Below are positions 59,950-60,600 of a stretch of DNA of 60,600 nucleotides, one piece after another. A model generated the notes under the pieces. It was not told where the DNA came from. It made no database searches and worked only from the letters and a program-made list of their open reading frames with translations. A program made the translations under genes and the position numbers. The stretch comes from a virus. Taxonomy: Duplodnaviria; Caudoviricetes. The stretch's first letter is position 1. Each line of letters opens with the position of its first letter. The stretch is taken from IMG/VR virus record IMGVR_UViG_3300036791_000464, positions 1 to 60,600 of that record; one strand, 5' to 3'.

Positions 59950-60285
59950 CTATAGCAATCCGCACATACGAGCCGTCGTAGGCCAGGCATTCCAACCTTG
60001 TACCTGGTATCCTCTTCGACCCGCCTGTAGTTGAGCGTAGATAGGCCAGTGATCTGCTGTACCCCATCGTCTCAGGAAAGCTGCTCCGTAGGCCTGCATG
60101 AAGTTCCAGTCCATTTGGAGCCCTCCGTAGTACGGCGCGCCAGGATCGTTCCAAGCGCCCTCGTACTGATGTATGCACAGCAACCCGCTCGTGACGTAGT
60201 CTGTATGACCGACCGACGCTTTCGAGCTTGCTGCCATGGTGAATGCCACGCAGAGCGCGGCTAGGATGACAAGTACCTTCTGCAC
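59950..60285 (-). CDS. Secreted Rpf-like lytic transglycosylase
   Basis: Signal-peptide-like N-terminus; CIHQYEG...YYGGLQM...QGWNAWP. Confidence 0.75.
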   Translation of the reverse strand: MQKVLVILAALCVAFTMAASSKASVGHTDYVTSGLLCIHQYEGAWNDPGAPYYGGLQMDWNFMQAYGAAFLRRWGTADHWPIYAQLQAGRRGYQVQGWNAWPTTARMCGLL

Positions 60286-60350
60286 AACCCTCCTGTGATA
60301 GATGACAGAACAGGATGAGCGCCCTTCCCTTCTCATCCAACGCGCGCCTC

Positions 60351-60500
60351 TCAGTTACGGTGTTTGCCGCGCACCCAACTTGTCTCGGACTCGTCGCTGT
60401 CCTCGTCGCCGTCTTCCTTGTCCTCTTCCGGCAATGTGTCGCCAGGAGCAGGTGCCTCCGGACTGCCGACCTCTCCGGGCTGCGGAGTCTCTTCGTCCAT
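60351..60500 (-). CDS. Small acidic protein
   Basis: GAGGAGG RBS; MDEETPQPGE... Confidence 0.5.
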   Translation of the reverse strand: MDEETPQPGEVGSPEAPAPGDTLPEEDKEDGDEDSDESETSWVRGKHRN

Positions 60501-60600
60501 TTTGTCCCTCCTCTCATGAGTCGTACCTTCTATGACAAGGTCTACAAAGCTCGATGTAATCATCAGGGTCGTCTAGGTAATCTCCTGAAATGTTCGCAAA
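60474..60600. repeat. Terminal direct repeat, copy 2
   Basis: Identical to 1-127. Confidence 0.95.

Overview
The window is an apparently complete, circularly assembled tailed-phage genome of about 60,473 bp: bases 1-127 recur at 60474-60600, which looks like an assembly overlap. It is a contractile-tailed (myovirus-like) phage with a Mu-like head module. The host is probably an actinobacterium, inferred from the GC content, an Rpf-like transglycosylase and ThyX. Two arms diverge from an unusual region at about 25.2-27.6 kb. The minus-strand arm carries many small early genes, then an SNF2 helicase, PD-(D/E)XK exonuclease, Sak4-like ATPase, SSB, primase-MCM helicase, a putative nucleotide-modification trio and DnaE. 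Across the join it continues with an Rpf-like protein, HU and ThyX. The plus-strand arm carries a RuvC-like resolvase, terminase, endolysin, head, tail, baseplate and fibres. Seven HNH-like genes are interspersed. I found no integrase, CRISPR array or full tRNA. The most striking unexplained signals are: (1) a 165-codon ORF missed by the ORF track, in a ~680-bp block with no CA and almost no TG dinucleotides, apparently starting at ATC and flanked by CG-poor blocks; (2) a covarying tandem-hairpin element repeated between early genes, upstream of an invariant GGAGGGTACC RBS; (3) a structured RNA whose loop is antisense to that RBS, followed by an anticodon-less tRNA-like minihelix; (4) an HNH insertion that duplicated the 3' end of the Rpf gene. 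All counts and alignments were done by eye and no database searches were run.
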